IMG/VR virus record: IMGVR_UViG_2721755497_000002
Span: 1 to 46,410 of that record
Strand: one strand, 5' to 3'
Source of the DNA: a virus
Lineage: Duplodnaviria > Heunggongvirae > Uroviricota > Caudoviricetes
Length of the DNA: 46,410 nucleotides
In this document: piece after piece, positions 17,115 through 25,169 of the stretch
How positions within the stretch are numbered: the first letter of the stretch is position 1
Layout: every line of letters starts with the position of its first letter
Notes under the pieces: model-generated
Database searches by the model: none
Seen by the model: the letters and a program-made list of their open reading frames with translations, nothing else
Told to the model about the DNA's origin: nothing
Position numbers and translations under genes: made by a program

Positions 17115-18026
17115 TTAAAGTAGTTTCCTATCTGCCGCCGCTCTGTGGCGTATAACCTTAGTAATACTATAGCGTGGTTTAGACAGCGCGCCATTTGTTT
17201 CTTTTGTTGTTTCTGTCAGTTCTACAACAAAAAGATCACCCTTACAGAATGCTGCTTGGTTGTGTTCAACCCGTTCAAGAAAAGCCTCATCTTTCATAGA
17301 TGCGCTAACTTCTTCGCCATTTGGCAGGATGATATCCCAGCTTTTGCCTTGCTTGAATCGAACATTAGCAAAATGTACATTAGCTTGGCGTGTCGTTACG
17401 TGCGTTTTCTCGACAAAGGTGGATTTTGCAGTTTTAAAACTTACTGCTTCAGCTTGCGTCACCCTGACTACCTTATGCTTCTGCTGTGAAACTGAGAACG
17501 TGGATGGTTTTTCAGTCTGCAGGGGTTTATAGATTAATTTATCCAGTTCTTTTCGGATGATTGGACTGGTTATTAATTTTTGAATGTCGTTACTGCATTT
17601 AACCTTCTCACCATCCACTTCGATTTCTGCTGTATCTTTTTGTTCATCGACGACAATGGAGCTGATTTTACGCCCTTTGAGCCATTCGATTATCCCGAGT
17701 ACGCCACCTGCGGCAACTCCACCACCTGCAACGAGGCCAAGGGCGTTAATAGTTTTTATGCTCCCCATCACAGCAACAAGCAAAGTAAATGAACCTTCTT
17801 TTGTTGCCTTGATGTTGACTTTCGGCTCTGCTGTTTCGCCATTAATTATTTTTTCGGCGTGTTCAATCAGGGCACTAAGAGAGGTTAAGGCTTCGCCTAA
17901 TGTTTTCGCGTCGATCTGATTATCTGCGTATGCCTCTCCACCGTAGGCAATTTCGATTTCTGTTATTGGCATGTTTTCGAGTTGCTGCGTCATCAAAAGC
18001 ATCCTTTGCGCAAGAGAAATAGCCAC
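17115..18026 (-). CDS. Uncharacterised protein (cargo gene 1 of 3) with central Gly/Ala-rich hydrophobic segment
   Basis: 303-aa ORF (track start is GTG; probable true start ATG at 17993 after AAGGA, giving 292 aa); hydrophobic LLVAVMGSIKTINALGLVAGGGVAAGGVLGII; no recognisable catalytic motif. Confidence 0.6.
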   Translation of the reverse strand: MAISLAQRMLLMTQQLENMPITEIEIAYGGEAYADNQIDAKTLGEALTSLSALIEHAEKIINGETAEPKVNIKATKEGSFTLLVAVMGSIKTINALGLVAGGGVAAGGVLGIIEWLKGRKISSIVVDEQKDTAEIEVDGEKVKCSNDIQKLITSPIIRKELDKLIYKPLQTEKPSTFSVSQQKHKVVRVTQAEAVSFKTAKSTFVEKTHVTTRQANVHFANVRFKQGKSWDIILPNGEEVSASMKDEAFLERVEHNQAAFCKGDLFVVELTETTKETNGALSKPRYSITKVIRHRAAADRKLL

Positions 18027-18115
18027 AGGATACAGATAATTATGAAAAAATCACTAACGCGTACGCAAAAACTATCTTAATCTGTTAAGAGTGGTCGCTT
18101 CGCCACACAACTTAA

Positions 18116-18140
18116 ACCCGCATCAAGCGGTTTTTTTTGT
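18116..18140 (+). terminator. Weak intrinsic terminator (CCGCatcaaGCGG + T8) upstream of the tRNA cluster; possible tR'
   Basis: Short GC stem followed by eight T residues on the plus strand. Confidence 0.35.
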
Positions 18141-18243
18141 GCCACTTATCTCGGATAGACATGGTGAATGCGCTGGTGGAGGAGATAAGGGTGATTTTTG
18201 AATGCTTGCAACATTGATTTCGTAACGTTATTATCCTGCGCCC

Positions 18244-18319
18244 GGCCCTTTAGCTCAGTGGTGAGAGCGAGCGACTCATAATCGCCAGGTCGCTGGTTCA
18301 AATCCAGCAAGGGCCACCA
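18244..18319 (+). tRNA. tRNA with CAU anticodon (Met or lysidine-dependent Ile2; ileZ-like phage tRNA)
   Basis: 76 nt GGCCCTTTAGCTCAGTGGTGAGAGC...ACTCATAATCG...GGTTCAAATCCAGCAAGGGCCACCA; canonical cloverleaf. Confidence 0.8.
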
Positions 18320-18326
18320 TCTCATA

Positions 18327-18403
18327 CCGCCATTAGCTCATCGGGACAGAGCGCCAGCCTTCGAAGCTGGCGGCGCGGGGTTCGGGTCCTCGATGGCGGT
18401 CCA
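18327..18403 (+). tRNA. tRNA-Arg, anticodon UCG (argN-like phage tRNA)
   Basis: 77 nt; acceptor CCGCCAT/ATGGCGG, anticodon loop CTTCGAA, T-arm CGGGG-TTCGGGT-CCTCG, CCA end. Confidence 0.75.
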
Positions 18404-18416
18404 TTATCTGCACCAT

Positions 18417-18490
18417 GCGGTCATCGTATAATGGCTATTGCATCAGCCTTCCTGGCTGATTATGCGGGGCAATTCCCGCTGACCGCTCCA
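18417..18490 (+). tRNA. tRNA-like element, argO-like but degenerate (non-canonical anticodon loop CTTCCTG and shortened T-loop GCAATT)
   Basis: Acceptor GCGGTCA/TGACCGC with CCA end; anticodon and T-loops deviate from consensus; may be a pseudo-tRNA. Confidence 0.4.
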
Positions 18491-18675
18491 TAGTGGATTA
18501 TGGGTACTGTATGTTAAGCATTTTTCTTCGTTACCCTTCATCGGTAAAAAAGCGTACAACAACTATTTATGCTGCCATTAGCGATGATAGTATAGTTACT
18601 GGTTCTTTCGTAGTGTGTTTATTTGTTTGCTATATTTTTATCGATAATTGACATTCTTCAGATGGGGATGAATAA

Positions 18676-19104
18676 ATGTATTGCCGTGGTTTGCCAGTTC
18701 TTGTTTTGATATTCGCCTGCCTGGCAGCAGGCTGCACAAAAGATGTATCAACAAATTATCATGATAGTGCGCCATATCACGCAGGTGAATTAACAAAGGT
18801 TAAGAATGTTAATCCATCTGAAAGTACTGCTGATGTTAGTGAAGACATTCGTCATTATGCCGGTCAAATCAAAAAAGCCATTGAAGAACAGTTCAGGGAA
18901 CCGGGTAAGTATTCCGGGAAAGTGTGTTCACTGAGAATGAATATGGCTCCGAATGGTCTTCTGTTGCAGGTTAAAAGAGAAGGTGGAGACCCCGATTTAT
19001 GTCGTGAAGCGATGAATGCGGTGAAGCATGCTGATATACCAGCACCGCCGTCTCCGGAAGTATATAAAGTATTTCACAATGGAGTGCTGGATTTTAAACC
19101 GTGA
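18676..19104 (+). CDS. Lipoprotein carrying a TolA C-terminal (domain III)-like domain
   Basis: 142 aa; signal peptide with lipobox LAAGC; C-terminal 85 aa (YAGQIKKAIEEQF...GKVCSLRMNMAPNGLLLQVKREGGDPDLC...IPAPPSPEVYKVFHNGVLDFKP) closely parallels E. coli TolA domain III as recalled. Confidence 0.7.
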   Translation: MYCRGLPVLVLIFACLAAGCTKDVSTNYHDSAPYHAGELTKVKNVNPSESTADVSEDIRHYAGQIKKAIEEQFREPGKYSGKVCSLRMNMAPNGLLLQVKREGGDPDLCREAMNAVKHADIPAPPSPEVYKVFHNGVLDFKP

Positions 19105-19304
19105 TTCTACATCTTTGCAGTAAACAATAATCATAATTGCATGTTTTTTCTGTGGTGGGGCATTTGGCTTCTGTTGCCTGCGATGTATTGTGGACCTGGT
19201 ATCAGCCTGCAGAAAATGCACACAGGTGTGAAGTGTTAAATTCCTCACAACTCAGAACGCAGAATGTTGTCCTGCTTGCGGGGAATTTGTTAAAAGAGTA
19301 CAGC

Positions 19305-19423
19305 ATGGTGAATCCCCCTGAGCGGAGGGGCATAATGACAGATGTTTGGTCGTGTTATCGTATAGGCAAGTTGCGGATTCTGTCTGGTCATTGCAGAATT
19401 CACCGGGAGGCACCCGGCACCAT
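19305..19423. repeat. Repeat unit copy 1 (about 119 bp): ATGGTGAATCCCCCTGAGCGGAGGGGC ... CACCGGGAGGCACCCGGCACCAT with two GC-rich hairpins
   Basis: Termini shared with copy 2 and mutually reverse-complementary (ATGGTG / CACCAT). Confidence 0.45.
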
Positions 19424-19558
19424 GTATTTTCAATATGTTATTGATCATTCTCTTTTTCGGAATACTCTGGTTATGTTTTCCTGTAACTGATAATTAAATC
19501 ACATTTTGTGTAACTGCATATTGTCTGAACGGGATAAGTTTCAGTATCTTCTGAATGT

Positions 19559-19678
19559 ATGGCGAATCCCCCTGTGCGGCGGGGCGTACTGATTTAAGTA
19601 GTCATCCAAGAATGCAGCTGAATGAAAACGCGCTCCATATTAATCAGTGGTGGAGCACCGGGAGGCACCCGGCGCCAT
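19559..19678. repeat. Repeat unit copy 2 (about 120 bp): ATGGCGAATCCCCCTGTGCGGCGGGGC ... CACCGGGAGGCACCCGGCGCCAT
   Basis: Same terminal hairpin modules as copy 1, divergent interior. Confidence 0.45.
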
Positions 19679-19707
19679 ACCGATGATGAAAGTAAATGCG
19701 TCCATCC

Positions 19708-19732
19708 GCCCCTCTCCGGAGGGGCTTTTTTA
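19708..19732 (+). terminator. Strong rho-independent terminator (GCCCCTCtccgGAGGGGC + TTTTTT) upstream of nanS-p
   Basis: 7-bp GC stem, 4-nt loop, T-tract. Confidence 0.6.
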
Positions 19733-19913
19733 TGGGCAAAAAAAGCCCGCTACGAATGGTAACGGGCTGCACAAAATAACAAAATGTGAAGTATTCTAAT
19801 CAGCCGCTGAATAATACCCGACAGTAATTAATCTGTGCAACGGTGCTTTTTCCCGCCTTGCAGGCACCGACTCTCTCATTTGATTTAACGCATTATCCCG
19901 TCCGGGAGGATTC

Positions 19914-21857
19914 ATGACATTTAAATATTATGATGTGGTTTCGGCCAGAACAACTGATGAATTAAAGCGGAAACTGAACGAAAAAATCCGTGAAGGATGG
20001 CAGCCTTATGGAACAATATCTGTTTCATCTGTGAGTGGTACTGAAGACATATATCATCAGCCAGTTGCTGCTGAGGGGGAGGTGAGTACGCCGGTGATAC
20101 GTCCTGATGCCGGTGATGATTCATCTGTGGCCGTCTCCGGATCGCCTGATTATTACTACGTGGTGGTACTGGCGGGGCAGTCAAATGGCATGGCCTATGG
20201 TGAAGGGTTTCCGTTACCGGATTCATTTGACCGCCCGGACCCACGGATTAAGCAACTGGCACGCCGCAGCACGGTCACGCCAGGTGGTACGCCGTGTAAA
20301 TACAATGACATCATTCCGGCAGACCACTGCCTGCATGATGTGCAGGACATGAGCGGGATAAACCACCCAAAAGCTGACCTGAACAAGGGGCAGTATGGTT
20401 GTGTGAGTCAGGGGCTGCATATTGCCAAAAAACTGCTGCCTTATATCCCGCAGAATGCCGGGATACTTCTGGTGCCCTGTTGCCGTGGCGGGTCAGCATT
20501 CACCACCGGGCCGGACGGTTCATTCAGTGAGGCCAGCGGTGCTTCCGCTGATTCTTCACGCTGGGGAGTCGGTAAACCTCTGTATCAGGACCTGGTAAGC
20601 CGCACCAAAGTCGCGCTGGCGAAGAACCCGAAAAACAAACTTCTGGCTGTGGTCTGGATGCAGGGAGAGGCAGACCTTGCATCGGGAAGTCAGCAGCATA
20701 ATGGTTTATTCACTGCCATGGTTCAGCAGTTCAGAGCCGACCTGTCTCCGCTTGCTGCGCAGTGCGTGAGTGGAAATGCTGGCACGGTACCGTGGATTTG
20801 TGGTGATACCACGTATTACTGGAAAAACGCTGGCACCGATAAATATGAGGCGGTATACGGTGGCTACAAAGGCAAGGAAACTCAGAATATTTTCTTTGTA
20901 CCGTTCCTGACGGATGAGAATGGACAGAACACGCCAACGAATGCTCCGACGGAAGATCCGGATATTGTGGCTGTCGGGTATTACGGTGCGGCATCCCGTA
21001 CCCAGGGCAGTTTTGTCTCGACACAGCGTGACAGCCATTTCAGTTCATGGGCACGCAGGGGCATCATTTCTGACCGTCTGGCCTCCTCTATTCTGCTCCA
21101 TGCAGGGCGCACGGCTGAACTGCTGGGCGGGCAGGCCGTGACACCACCGGATGAGAAGCCATCACCTGACACTCCATCAACATCACCGGGTGAAACTACC
21201 GGGATGACAACACTGTTTGCATACAGGGCCAGCGATTCGGAAGGACAACTGACTCCACAGGGCTGGGGGGCTGGCGGAGGTAGTGCCGCTGTTGTGGATG
21301 ATGCCGGAGCCAGTGGAGGTAAGGCGATGAAGCTTACCAAAGCGACGGGAAAATCCTCCTGGTACCTGGAACATGATGCCGGTAATGGTGCCGACCTGCT
21401 GGGCAAAGGCGGCCTTGTCAGTTGTCGTTTTAAACTTGATGGCGCGCTTACGGCTAATCAGTACGCACTGGCGCTGTACTGGCCGGTTTCTGCCCTGCCA
21501 CAAGGGGTTACCCTGGAAGGTAATGCTGGTCATAACCTGCTGGCATCTTTTTACGTTCAGAGCGATGCGACAGACCTTAACGTGATGTACCACAAGGGCG
21601 ATACGGCGCAAAACATGAAACTGGGGTCATTCGGTGCATTTGACAACGAGTGGCATACGTTGGGCTTCCGTTTCGCCGGTAACAACAGTATTGAGGTGAC
21701 GCCGGTCATTGATGGTCAGGACGGGACGCCGTTCATGCTGTCGCAGTTACCTGTCGGTTCTTTTGCGGCAGACAAGTTGCGCGTGACCGATATTACCAGT
21801 GCAGCAACGTATCCGGTGCTGATTGACAGCATAGTGGTGGAAGTGAATAACGCGTAA
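19914..21857 (+). CDS. nanS: NanS-p-type sialate O-acetylesterase (DUF1737 N-domain + SGNH/SASA esterase domain)
   Basis: 647 aa; N-terminus MTFKYYDVVSARTTDELKRKLNEKIREGWQPYGTISVSS (DUF1737-like); GQSN motif (VLAGQSNGMAYGEG); position between tRNAs and lysis genes as in EHEC prophages. Confidence 0.8.
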   Translation: MTFKYYDVVSARTTDELKRKLNEKIREGWQPYGTISVSSVSGTEDIYHQPVAAEGEVSTPVIRPDAGDDSSVAVSGSPDYYYVVVLAGQSNGMAYGEGFPLPDSFDRPDPRIKQLARRSTVTPGGTPCKYNDIIPADHCLHDVQDMSGINHPKADLNKGQYGCVSQGLHIAKKLLPYIPQNAGILLVPCCRGGSAFTTGPDGSFSEASGASADSSRWGVGKPLYQDLVSRTKVALAKNPKNKLLAVVWMQGEADLASGSQQHNGLFTAMVQQFRADLSPLAAQCVSGNAGTVPWICGDTTYYWKNAGTDKYEAVYGGYKGKETQNIFFVPFLTDENGQNTPTNAPTEDPDIVAVGYYGAASRTQGSFVSTQRDSHFSSWARRGIISDRLASSILLHAGRTAELLGGQAVTPPDEKPSPDTPSTSPGETTGMTTLFAYRASDSEGQLTPQGWGAGGGSAAVVDDAGASGGKAMKLTKATGKSSWYLEHDAGNGADLLGKGGLVSCRFKLDGALTANQYALALYWPVSALPQGVTLEGNAGHNLLASFYVQSDATDLNVMYHKGDTAQNMKLGSFGAFDNEWHTLGFRFAGNNSIEVTPVIDGQDGTPFMLSQLPVGSFAADKLRVTDITSAATYPVLIDSIVVEVNNA

Positions 21858-21988
21858 GCAGGACAAAAAAATGCCGCCGGGAAAGGGAAAACAAGGAAAC
21901 CGGCGGCAAAGGTCGTCACATCTAAAGCAAAAATGCAGGACGCCTTTTTAACCAACAGGTATTAACGATGTCAACACCATGTCGATAA

Positions 21989-22177
21989 TTGGGAGGGATA
22001 ATGACATTTTTACAGCTTATTTTATTGTATTTCTGTACGGCGGTGTGTGCACTGTATCTGGTGAGTGGTGGGTACAAAATTATACGCAACTACATCCGTA
22101 AAAAGATTGATGCCATGGCGGCTGAAAAAATCAGTGCCGGTCAGTCAGCAGAGCCAAAGTCCACGTCCCTCCCGTAA
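21989..22177 (+). CDS. Hypothetical small membrane protein
   Basis: 62-aa ORF with hydrophobic N-terminus FLQLILLYFCTAVCALYLV. Confidence 0.35.
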   Translation: MGGIMTFLQLILLYFCTAVCALYLVSGGYKIIRNYIRKKIDAMAAEKISAGQSAEPKSTSLP

Positions 22178-22202
22178 TCACATCTCACAGCGAGAAAAAA
22201 CC

Positions 22203-22508
22203 ATGACAGAAATGAAAAAACTGGTCACTGCTGATGCAGTGAAGTCAGCGCTGCGCACTGAAGAAGTCCGCGGGACGCTGAAAGCATCTATCCGTAAAAC
22301 GTTTGAGGCTCAGATTGATGCGGATGTGGAAGCGATTCTGGATGAGCTTATCGGACCTGCTGAGGGGGCATCTGCGCCACAGGTAGGGGATGGTGAGAAT
22401 ACAGCAGACTCTCCGGTGGAAAACAGCAGCGAACAACCTGAGGCACAACCCGCTGCTGGAGAACAACCAGCTGATGTACTGCAGCCTGAACCAGCGACCA
22501 TGCTGTGA
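22203..22508 (+). CDS. Hypothetical acidic protein upstream of holin
   Basis: Internal Met ([14 protein letters not shown]...) of ORF 22065..22508; about 101 aa. Confidence 0.45.
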   Translation: MTEMKKLVTADAVKSALRTEEVRGTLKASIRKTFEAQIDADVEAILDELIGPAEGASAPQVGDGENTADSPVENSSEQPEAQPAAGEQPADVLQPEPATML

Positions 22509-22585
22509 TACATGACGCACAGGCCACCAGCATATCGCGGTGGTCTTTTATTATCGTGCGCTTCCGGTTAACGGGAGGCGGGGAT

Positions 22586-22801
22586 ATGTACCAGATGGAA
22601 AAAATCACAACAGGTGTGTCATACACCACGTCTGCGGTGGGGACGGGATACTGGTTTCTGCAGTTGCTGGACAGGGTATCCCCGTCTCAGTGGGCGGCAA
22701 TAGGCGTGCTGGGGAGTCTGCTGTTTGGTCTGCTGACGTACCTGACCAACCTGTATTTTAAAATCAGAGAGGACCGGCGCAAGGCGGCGCGGGGAGAATG
22801 A
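22586..22801 (+). CDS. Holin, phage 21 S21-like pinholin with dual-start motif
   Basis: 71 aa [26 protein letters not shown]...[22 protein letters not shown] resembles S21; GGGAGG Shine-Dalgarno; two Met within first four codons. Confidence 0.8.
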   Translation: MYQMEKITTGVSYTTSAVGTGYWFLQLLDRVSPSQWAAIGVLGSLLFGLLTYLTNLYFKIREDRRKAARGE

Positions 22802-22805
22802 ACTG

Positions 22806-23339
22806 GTGAGTAAAAAACTCCGCTACGGTTTATCTGCGATCGTTCTGGCGCTGATTGCCACAGGTGCTTCTGCGCCTGAAATCCTTGACCAGTTTCTGGA
22901 TGAAAAGGAAGGTAACCACACCACGGCATACCGTGATGGCGCGGGTATCTGGACTGTCTGCCGGGGAGCCACTCGGGTGGATGGCAGACCTGTAGTTCCC
23001 GGTATGAAGCTGACGAAGGAAAAATGCGCTCAGGTTAATGCCATTGAACGGGATAAGGCACTGGCATGGGTGGAGAAAAATATCAGAGTGCCACTGACCG
23101 AACCGCAGAAAGCGGGGATAGCGTCATTCTGCCCGTACAACATTGGTCCCGGTAAGTGTTTTCCGTCGACGTTTTATAAACGAATTAATGCAGGTGATCG
23201 AAAAGGTGCCTGTGAGGCGATTCGCTGGTGGATTAAGGATGGTGGCAGAGACTGCCGTATTCGCTCAAACAACTGCTACGGTCAGGTGTCCCGTCGTGAC
23301 CAGGAGAGCGCGCTGGCGTGCTGGGGAATCGACAGATAA
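22806..23339 (+). CDS. SAR endolysin (T4 lysozyme-like muramidase with N-terminal signal-anchor-release domain)
   Basis: 177 aa; GTG start; N-terminal Gly/Ala-rich hydrophobic SAR segment LSAIVLALIATGASA; resembles phage 21 R21. Confidence 0.85.
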   Translation: MSKKLRYGLSAIVLALIATGASAPEILDQFLDEKEGNHTTAYRDGAGIWTVCRGATRVDGRPVVPGMKLTKEKCAQVNAIERDKALAWVEKNIRVPLTEPQKAGIASFCPYNIGPGKCFPSTFYKRINAGDRKGACEAIRWWIKDGGRDCRIRSNNCYGQVSRRDQESALACWGIDR

Positions 23340-23430
23340 GCAGAATATTTTGCTGAAAAATGCCGTTTGCTCACGCGGGTGGATAACACGATATTCTGCG
23401 AACTGGCAAAAGGTAAGTGAATAAAAGTAA

Positions 23431-23462
23431 AAACCCCGTTTGTTGGCTGCAAGCGGGGTTTT
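23431..23462 (+). terminator. Hairpin AAACCCCG...CGGGGTTT with T-tract inside the lysis cassette (candidate terminator/attenuator)
   Basis: GC stem with long loop followed by TTTTG. Confidence 0.35.
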
Positions 23463-23498
23463 GTGTTTCCTGACTCCGGAAAAGTCAAAGGAGAAAGT

Positions 23499-23636
23499 GT
23501 GTTTGATTTTAGCAAACTGATTCGGGAGATTCGAGTGATGGCTGAAAAATTATCCACCTGGAAGTTCATCCTTATCTGGCTGGTGTTTGTGATTATGGCC
23601 TCCGGTTATTTCATCGGTCAGATACGCTGGTGGTGA
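23499..23636 (+). CDS. Possible small membrane protein between endolysin and Rz (45 aa, [45 protein letters not shown])
   Basis: GTG start 5 nt after AGGAG; stop 1 nt before Rz ATG; one predicted TM helix; not in ORF track. Confidence 0.35.
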   Translation: MFDFSKLIREIRVMAEKLSTWKFILIWLVFVIMASGYFIGQIRWW

Positions 23637-23637
23637 A

Positions 23638-24105
23638 ATGAACCGCGTTCTGTGTGTGATCATCATTGCCCTGCTGGTGGCCTGTGGTGTGCTGTGGGTG
23701 GCAACAGACTATTACCGCGATAATGCCATCACCTACAAGGCGCAGCGCGATAAAAAAGCCAGGGAGCTGCGGCTGGCAAACGCAACCATTACTGACATGC
23801 AGCAGCGTCAGCGTGATGTTGCTGCACTCGATGCAAAATACACAAAGGAGTTAGCCGATGCGAGAGCTGAAAATGAAACTCTGCGCGTTGATGTTGCCGC
23901 TGGTCGTAAGCGCCTGCGGGTCAACGCCACCTGTGTGTCCGCCACAGACAAAAACACCAGAACCGCCAGCGTGGATAATGCAGCCCGCCCCAGACTGGCA
24001 GACGCCGCTGAACGGAATTATTTCACTCTCAGCGACCGGCTGATGACGATGCAGAAGCAGCTGGAAGGGGCGCAGGAATATATCCGCGCTCAGTGCCTGA
24101 AATAA
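23638..24105 (+). CDS. Rz i-spanin
   Basis: 155 aa; N-terminal TM helix, coiled-coil-rich periplasmic domain; Rz1 embedded in +1 frame. Confidence 0.8.
   Translation: MNRVLCVIIIALLVACGVLWVATDYYRDNAITYKAQRDKKARELRLANATITDMQQRQRDVAALDAKYTKELADARAENETLRVDVAAGRKRLRVNATCVSATDKNTRTASVDNAARPRLADAAERNYFTLSDRLMTMQKQLEGAQEYIRAQCLK
23873..24043 (+). CDS. Rz1 o-spanin lipoprotein (embedded in Rz)
   Basis: Internal Met of ORF 23858..24043: [32 protein letters not shown]... lipobox VVSAC, proline-rich. Confidence 0.7.
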   Translation: MKLCALMLPLVVSACGSTPPVCPPQTKTPEPPAWIMQPAPDWQTPLNGIISLSATG

Positions 24106-25169
24106 GTTTTGCTGATGCGCAGTATCGTCGCCGTATTCCCGCATTAACAGAGACCGCAGCCCTTGCGGGATACTCCTCTGCGCGAGTGTGCGGGAATAAT
24201 CAGAAACGATGCACGCCGGGTTTTGCAGCGCGAACTGAACGGGGCGCGGATTGTACCCTCATAATCGCCCATCCGGTGCGATGGTGGAAGAAACCGGAAT
24301 GATGAATTGTGAATGCAAAATATGGTTCTGCATTGAATAATACTGGCATTGTTTCCTGTTTACATCCAGAACATATTTAAATATGCCTGCCTGGGACAGA
24401 GTAAGATGGCTACGGAAAAAAGGTATGCTACCGGATAAATGTTTTTTGATAACCAGTTTTGTCCAGATATTGTTTGATCTGTGGTTTATATAAACTGGTC
24501 TTTTTTGGGTCTGTACCGTGATCATACTATGGTTATGTGTGGTAAACCGTATATTTCCTGTAGACAGGAAATAAAAACAATGCGAGATATCATTTTTTTT
24601 AAGATAGTCAGTGACGGAAATAATATCGCTATTGTGTGATGAAATAAGCAAGGATATAACAGAGCTAAGCCGGTTGTTCTCTGTGGTGACACAATCTGGT
24701 GGCGATAAATCAGAATGCGTGATGTAAAGATTAAGCATGTAAAACCATGGTGTTTAACTGAAGGTTACTGTGCGGCGGGAAAATAATGAAGTGAAAAGGT
24801 AATGTCTATTTGTTATTTTCGCATGATAAAGCAGAGGTATTATTTTTTTTGCTAATTTATTCTTTTGATATATCTTATCTGTATTTGTGGTTGATTGTAA
24901 ACCACTATTGCAACTGACATCGTCAGCAATGTTGCATACTCATTCAGGTACAACATGGCGTGGAAGAAAGAATGCAGGTATCAAGATATTTGAGTGGATG
25001 ATAAAAAAAGCCGCAGGTGGTATGCGGCATGAAATGGCACGAATTAGTGGATGTATCTTTTCTCGTTTGTATTTTTATCTTATTTCCTGAGGTGTAATCA
25101 ATTCGAAAAATACGTGAGAACAGAGCGTGTATTTTCGACCTTTTTATGGGTCCTCCTGGTGGGGTGGCC

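Noticed and set aside
19137-19490. 117-aa ORF spanning repeat copy 1
   Set aside because: Runs through the GC-rich hairpin repeat and has no ribosome binding site; more likely non-coding structured DNA or RNA.
18491-19913. Looked for Shiga toxin genes (stxA/stxB) between the phage tRNAs and nanS-p, where Stx phages carry them
   Set aside because: The only ORF with coding character is the 142-aa TolA-like lipoprotein; nothing matches the size or organisation of stxAB (about 315 aa then 89 aa with signal peptides). The rest is repeats and hairpins.
20981-21611. Two overlapping minus-strand ORFs (141-142 aa) inside nanS-p
   Set aside because: Antisense to the esterase gene with its conserved GQSN motif; Pro/Arg/Ser-rich translation.
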